A stretch of 40,537 nucleotides of DNA from contig CAVESN010000001.1 of NCBI GenBank assembly GCA_963618365.1, positions 9,892-50,428 on the forward strand, read 5' to 3'. Source of the DNA: Bacteroides uniformis (lineage in GTDB: Bacteria > Spirochaetota > Spirochaetia > Sphaerochaetales > Sphaerochaetaceae). Below the pieces are notes generated by a model. It had not been told where the DNA came from. It saw only the letters and a list, made by a program, of their open reading frames with translations, and did no database searches. Both the position numbers and the translations under genes were made by a program. Of the stretch, positions 36,292 to 40,537 are shown piece by piece (the stretch's first letter is position 1; each line of letters opens with the position of its first letter).

Positions 36292-36927
36292 GAACAAAGC
36301 CGCATCTAGCCAACCAACATCTTCATTCCATGAGGCACCAATCCCAGAATGGGAAAAGGCAAGGAGAGCATGGATTATGAAGCATCTGTAGCGCAATTAC
36401 TGCGAAGCAACTTGTGGCAGCTGGCCACCTATAGGGAAGAAGGCCCCAATGTGGTGGCTGTCGCATACAAAAGGAAAGCTGGTGGGTGACGTGCTTCAGA
36501 AGACCACTCTCCGCAAACTGGCTGAAAGTGATGGCAAAAGGCGCCCTCATCACCACACCGGGGAAGGAGAGCAAGAAAGCATTGGAGACGAACAGGGGAG
36601 GAAGCGCCACGTACCGGAGGATCCGCTACAGCAGACTGCGTGGCGGGATGGGCAACACCTTTGCAAGCGGCATTGCAAAGCGCCAGTCATTCAGCGAGGT
36701 TCCTCCCCATGGGTAAACCCGAAAGCGCATACCTGCCATCATTGAGTGCATGCTTCCGTCTCCCCCACATGGCAGCTGCACAAATGCGCAAACGTGGCAA
36801 CCTTTCGCAAAGACAAAAAGAAAACTACTGGAGCACGGACCCCAAAGGATCTGCCAAATTTAGTCAGTAGTTTTCCAGGAAACTTAGGGAGCCTGCCCCA
36901 TTCTATTGTTGTGCACCAAGCAACGTC

Positions 36928-37650
36928 TTACTCGCCAATTTTCATTTCCCCATCCCTACACTTGATGGTCACTCCTTGTATACCCAACGCGCTACCATAG
37001 CCCGAAGCTGAATTGAAATCTTCCTTTGTTCCACCATAGTGGATTGTCTTTAGACTAGCACAACCACTGAACGCACCTCTACCAATATTTTTTATGCCCT
37101 GCGGGAGATAGACAGTCGTTTTAGCCAAACCTGCAAAACCAGACGCCTTGATTTCTGTTACAGTAGCGTTTGCGTTACCTGCTGTTTTGGCAGGTATATA
37201 AAGTGTGCTGTCGCTTGATGCAGAAGAAAGCGACACAACAAGTTGATTAGTGTAACCGTCAACATAATCATACGTTAGACTGTCTGGGACAGACACCCAA
37301 ATAGCATTAAAAGTTGTGTCCTCTGTTATTGTTTCAGTGAAATCAAACGCTTTGCTACTTTCTGCTTTTCCCCACCCGATGAATGCGTAATCATTCCGAG
37401 TCGGATCTTCCGCAAGTCTTGTAGCCGTCTCTCCCTCATTGACAGTCTGAGAATCTAATTCGGTATCCCTATCCTTGAATATAACTGTATACGATATTGG
37501 GGAACTCGGAGTCGAGGGATTCGAGGTCGACGAACTCGAGTCGTCGCAGGCAACGAAAAGTGCCGCAATCGTGAAAACAAAAGAGATTACGCAAAGACGC
37601 TTAATCTGAGAGGGATACCCCCCCCCCGTACGGTTATTTCTGTATTCCAT
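36928..37650 (-). CDS. Surface lipoprotein with a Listeria-Bacteroides repeat (Flg_new) domain and BspA-type LRR C-terminus
   Basis: The lipobox is ALFVAC|DDSSS. YTVIFKDRD...NDYAFIGWGK...FDFTETITEDTTFNAIW matches the List-Bact repeat. IKNIGRGAFSGCASLKTIHYGGTKEDF matches the BspA-like LRR_5 ending. The start is one of ATG 37650, 37665 or 37674, all upstream of the G10 tract. The gene is AT-rich relative to the window. Confidence 0.75.
   Translation of the reverse strand: MEYRNNRTGGGYPSQIKRLCVISFVFTIAALFVACDDSSSSTSNPSTPSSPISYTVIFKDRDTELDSQTVNEGETATRLAEDPTRNDYAFIGWGKAESSKAFDFTETITEDTTFNAIWVSVPDSLTYDYVDGYTNQLVVSLSSASSDSTLYIPAKTAGNANATVTEIKASGFAGLAKTTVYLPQGIKNIGRGAFSGCASLKTIHYGGTKEDFNSASGYGSALGIQGVTIKCRDGEMKIGE
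37618..37627 (-). repeat. Homopolymeric G10 tract (C10 on the + strand) inside the lipoprotein ORF
   Basis: Counted directly: three C at 37618-37620 plus seven C at 37621-37627. The tract is read as acG GGG GGG GGG (T-G-G-G). Confidence 0.95.
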
Positions 37651-37895
37651 ATACTTCTCTTTCATACATTGCATTGGCTACAGTTGCATTTTGTTGTCCA
37701 TCCGATCTCTTTACGCCCCTACAAGGACAAGCCTCGGATATCCATCTGCTCCCTGCCCTGCACAACCAATCGATTACGTTCCTATGACCGCACCATCGCC
37801 ATGCTAGAGCAGAAAGTCTACCGGGAAATCAACAAAAACCAACTCTAGGCAAACCATTGGGGCGTGTCAAGAACGCACCCAACTCCCATCTCCTT

Positions 37896-38156
37896 TCACA
37901 TGTGCTGATCCGGTATTCTCCAAACTCCTCCCCTCCTCGCTCCTTCCCGGCAAACCAGGCCACGAGCCTGCAGGGAAACAGTGATCCTTTGCACTTTGGA
38001 TCGGGAATAACCCGTCCGCCTGATCATCTCCGACTGGCTGATTTGAGAATTCAGTCGGATCATCTCCAAGATTGCACGCTCATCCTGTGTTTTAGCTTCA
38101 ACACGATAAAACATCCGTGAGTCGATGTTGTTTCGCAGAACAAGATGAACTAATAA
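37896..38156 (-). pseudogene. 5'-truncated remnant of a gene encoding a C-terminal MarR-like wHTH tail of the kind found on AlbA_2/HATPase_c_4 proteins
   Basis: The product ...DERAILEMIRLNSQISQSEMIRRTGYSRSKVQRITVSLQARGLVCREGARRGGVWRI is a wHTH. The reading frame stays open upstream of the listed ATG as far as the ISL3 terminus at 38157. Confidence 0.5.
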
Positions 38157-38423
38157 GGCTCTTCATGCAAAGGTGTGGGTAAAAGCATGATCAGGCGGCC
38201 TTCTCTGGTTTTGGGTAAGTCTTTCCCGGGAGAGGGACAACGAGGCCGAAACAGCAGAGGTAGATCATGTCGGGCATGCTTTTGAAGTTTCTGAAGCCGT
38301 AGGCGCGTCTGATGATGAGCTTGATGTTGTTGTTCGTAGCCTCGATGCGGGCGTTGCTGAGGCCGAGGGCGATGGTGTTGAGAATGAATGGCTCGTTCCT
38401 CTTTATCTTGGCCGAGAGGTTCT
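38157..38423 (-). mobile_element. ISL3-family element, 3'-terminal fragment (transposase C-terminus plus terminal IR)
   Basis: My minus-strand translation of 38421-38191 is NLSAKIKRNEPFILNTIALGLSNARIEATNNNIKLIIRRAYGFRNFKSMPDMIYLCC...*, the conserved ISL3 transposase C-terminal motif. The terminus GGCTCTTCATGCAAAGG at 38157 matches the GGCTCTT start typical of ISL3 IRs. Confidence 0.7.
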
Positions 38424-38468
38424 CCTGACTTTAGGACTTTAGCCTAACATCAATATTAACGTAAATCT

Positions 38469-38497
38469 TCCCGGAGAAAAGAAATCCGGGATTTTTT
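38469..38497 (+). terminator. Terminator-like hairpin just inside the left IS end
   Basis: A 7-bp stem TCCCGGA/TCCGGGA with a 9-nt loop is followed by TTTTTT. It lies upstream of the transposase start. Confidence 0.5.
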
Positions 38498-38591
38498 ATG
38501 CTATGATTTAAGATAAAAATTTGTCCGCTTCAGAGCGACCAACTACTTTACTTCATCAACACTTAGTTGTATGATTTCCTCAGAGGTTACA

Positions 38592-40382
38592 ATGTACGTT
38601 TCATTGACGGGGCCAAAGGGTTACGAGCAGGTAGTAATAAAGGAATCAATCAGGATTCCGGGAACGAAGGACAAGAAAAAGGAATACATCATCGAAAGGC
38701 ATGGAAGGCTGAAGGACTGCCTTGAAAAGGATCCTGACTACATAGCCCATCTGAGAGAGAAGCTCAAGAAGGAGAAGGATGAGGCGGCAAAGGACAAGAC
38801 CATCACGATTACAGTCAGGCCCAAGGAGATAAGCGGCTCATCGGACCAGAGAGCATCCTTCCATTTCGGGCATATGATAGTCAGCAGGCTCTGGGATGTG
38901 ATGAAGCTTGATGCGTTCTTCGATAAGAACGTGAATGCCAGGAATGAGGATCATGTGATTGAAGGCATATACAATCTTCTTGCAGCAAGGCTGGGAAGCC
39001 CTGCAAGCATACTGAGCATCTCGAAGGGGCAGAAGAAGAATGCCGGGATGAAGGTCATATCCCTTGATGTCCTGTATTCCGTGCTTGATGTTCTTGATGA
39101 CTCCAGGGAGGATCTGATCAGGCATCTGTCAAAGTTCTTTGCGAAGAACACGAAGAGGGATCTGAAGACAGTTAGCTATGATGTCACCAACTACTATTTC
39201 GAGAGCCAGAAATCAGGGGAGCTGAGATTATTCGGATACAGCAAGGAGAATAAGCATAATGAGGTGATTGTCGTAATGGGGCTTCTGATAGACAGCAATG
39301 GCATACCTGTGACAATGCGCATATTCCCAGGAAACACAATGGATCAGAATACACTGCAGGACTCAATAGATGATCTGAAGAATCTGTATGGCTTTGAGAG
39401 CATAACAGTGATAGCAGACAGAGGCATGAACAGCAAGGAGAATCTTGTATTCCTATCTTCCAGCAGCCAGCATTTCCTCATCAGCTACACATTGAAGAAA
39501 GCATCCGGGCAGATAAGGAACTCATGTCTTGCGGGTGACTGGCAGGAGATGGAGACGAATGATGACGGAGTGATTGTATATGCATCGAAGATTCTCGATG
39601 CGAAGGTGTCCGCAAAGATGGCGCTTACAGAAGGGGAGATTGAGAAGATGAAGGCAGAAAGGAGGGAAAAAGGAACAAAAGGCAGGATGCCGAAGTACAA
39701 GACAGTTGAGGTTGATGCAAAGCTTCATGTCTCATACAGCCGGAAAAGAGCGGAGAAGGACTATTACGATAGGCAGAGGGCTATAGAGAAAGCAAGGAAG
39801 AAGATTGAGAGCGGAAGCGCATCCCAGGCTATCAGACATGGCGTGAACAAATACCTTGAATTCAATGAGGATCTGAAAGTGACGGGCATCGATGAGGAGA
39901 AGATAAAGGAAGAGGCAAAATGGGATGGCTATTATGCTGTCATCACAGATAATGCAGACCTTACGAGCGAAAAGGTATTCGATCTATATAAGACACAATG
40001 GAAAATCGAGGAATGCTTCCGCATACTGAAGACCGATCTGAATGCACGTCCTGTATATGTCCATAATGACAAGCACATATATGGGCATTTCGTTCTCTGC
40101 TATCTTGCCTTATGCATGATACGCTATCTTCAGTACAAGCTGAAAAGCGAGCACAAGATCGAAATGAGTGCTTCAAGGATCATGGCATGCATAGCAGAGC
40201 CTATAGCGGTAGTCACAGGAGAGCCGCCCAAGGTCATCATAACGCCCACTCATCTTGATGATGACTTCATTGCGGTAATCGACAAGCTTGGATTCAGGAA
40301 GCTTGAGACGGAAATGACTCCGACAAGATTCAGGGCTGTGACCAAGCTTGACCTGAAAGACCAGTTGGAACAGCTTATTTAA
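38592..40382 (+). CDS. IS1634-like (IS4 superfamily) DDE transposase
   Basis: It contains VSYDVTNYYFES (D1 region), ITVIADRGMNSKENL (D2) and YKTQWKIEECFRILK, which fits Y(2)[R/Q](3)E(6)K. The start ATG at 38592 lies 5 nt after GAGG. The track's 38571 start is an alternative. Confidence 0.9.
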   Translation: MYVSLTGPKGYEQVVIKESIRIPGTKDKKKEYIIERHGRLKDCLEKDPDYIAHLREKLKKEKDEAAKDKTITITVRPKEISGSSDQRASFHFGHMIVSRLWDVMKLDAFFDKNVNARNEDHVIEGIYNLLAARLGSPASILSISKGQKKNAGMKVISLDVLYSVLDVLDDSREDLIRHLSKFFAKNTKRDLKTVSYDVTNYYFESQKSGELRLFGYSKENKHNEVIVVMGLLIDSNGIPVTMRIFPGNTMDQNTLQDSIDDLKNLYGFESITVIADRGMNSKENLVFLSSSSQHFLISYTLKKASGQIRNSCLAGDWQEMETNDDGVIVYASKILDAKVSAKMALTEGEIEKMKAERREKGTKGRMPKYKTVEVDAKLHVSYSRKRAEKDYYDRQRAIEKARKKIESGSASQAIRHGVNKYLEFNEDLKVTGIDEEKIKEEAKWDGYYAVITDNADLTSEKVFDLYKTQWKIEECFRILKTDLNARPVYVHNDKHIYGHFVLCYLALCMIRYLQYKLKSEHKIEMSASRIMACIAEPIAVVTGEPPKVIITPTHLDDDFIAVIDKLGFRKLETEMTPTRFRAVTKLDLKDQLEQLI

Positions 40383-40483
40383 GCGGACAAATTTTATTTT
40401 CTTTTTTGAGCAAAAACCTCGTTCTATTGCACTGGAATGAGGTTTTTCTATGGTTTTAGGCTAATTGAAGTCCTAAAGTCAGG

Positions 40484-40537
40484 TATGAGCTTTATATTGT
40501 TGTTCGTAGCCTCAATCCTTGCGTTGCTGAAGCCGTA
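40484..40537 (-). mobile_element. Fragment of a second, diverged ISL3 transposase copy that runs off the window
   Basis: The minus-strand translation is YGFSNARIEATNNNIKLI. At the nucleotide level, 40485-40537 aligns to 38315-38367 with 9 mismatches in 53 positions by my count. Confidence 0.6.

Larger units (their letters stand above)
38424..40483 (+). mobile_element. Complete IS4-superfamily (IS1634-like) insertion sequence, about 2.06 kb
   Basis: The terminal inverted repeats are CCTGACTTTAGGACTTTAGCCTAA (38424-38447) and TTAGGCTAATTGAAGTCCTAAAGTCAGG (40456-40483). The outer 16 bp are identical in inverted orientation. They enclose a single DDE transposase ORF. Confidence 0.8.

Noticed and set aside
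36349-36489. A small ORF (46 or 39 aa) with an SD in the ORF-poor interval as a real gene
   Set aside because: It is short, has no recognisable family, and the SD-ATG spacing is only 3 nt. I report it only as part of the possible-pseudogene discussion.
38315-40537. Duplicated ISL3 sequence on both sides of the IS1634-like element as a fresh long target-site duplication
   Set aside because: The two copies differ at 9 of 53 aligned positions, whereas a recent duplication would be identical. I keep it only as one of two hypotheses in the findings.

Overview
This is a 40.5-kb, gene-dense chromosomal segment with about 42 protein-coding genes. I saw no rRNA, tRNA or CRISPR array by eye. The host looks like a moderately GC-rich, apparently anaerobic, sugar-utilising bacterium. 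The many lipoproteins, the CUT1 sugar ABC genes and the hcp/flavoredoxin content resemble a Sphaerochaeta/Treponema-like spirochaete, but that taxon is a guess. Gene order, left to right: (1) a polar amino-acid ABC operon (the SBP gene runs off the left edge and is missing from the ORF track) and an N-formylglutamate amidohydrolase-family gene. (2) An LpoB-like/COG3014-like lipoprotein pair, another lipoprotein, an ADP-ribosylglycohydrolase, a putative small beta-barrel protein and a lipoprotein metallophosphoesterase. (3) An AraC-regulated rhaB-rhaA-rhaD rhamnose cluster, followed by a membrane protein, a serine hydrolase and a CUT1 ABC importer (SBP plus two permeases). (4) An AT-rich DUF1566 lipoprotein, a MATE exporter, a PHP phosphatase, flavoredoxin, a pseudouridine synthase, asd, and a DUF3737-patB-MBL-ogt operon. 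(5) An AlbA_2/Schlafen-like ATPase gene, then an HcpR-like Crp/Fnr regulator divergent from ferredoxin-hcp. (6) An HxlR-GntR-IlvD/Edd dehydratase unit and a cupin. (7) An accessory, mobile right end with an ORF-poor 0.64-kb stretch, a second AT-rich lipoprotein, a truncated wHTH gene, and an ISL3 transposase fragment interrupted by a complete IS4-superfamily (IS1634-like) element. The strongest non-obvious signal is that both compositionally foreign surface lipoprotein genes carry long poly-G tracts in the same ac-Gn-tat context. One tract (G9) fills the -35/-10 spacer of a good sigma70-like promoter. The other (G10) lies inside the 5' coding region ahead of the signal peptide. This is the classical layout of slipped-strand phase variation. 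Other points worth a second look: a helically phased TTGAAGTA repeat array upstream of the AlbA_2 gene; an in-frame TAA four codons after that gene's best start; a 16-bp CRP/FNR-type palindrome at about -41.5 of the hcp operon; an orphan terminator 250 nt past hcp; and IS flanks that are overlapping, diverged copies of the same ISL3 segment rather than a contiguous target. I found no convincing multi-gene novel system (defence, toxin or secretion) and do not claim one.
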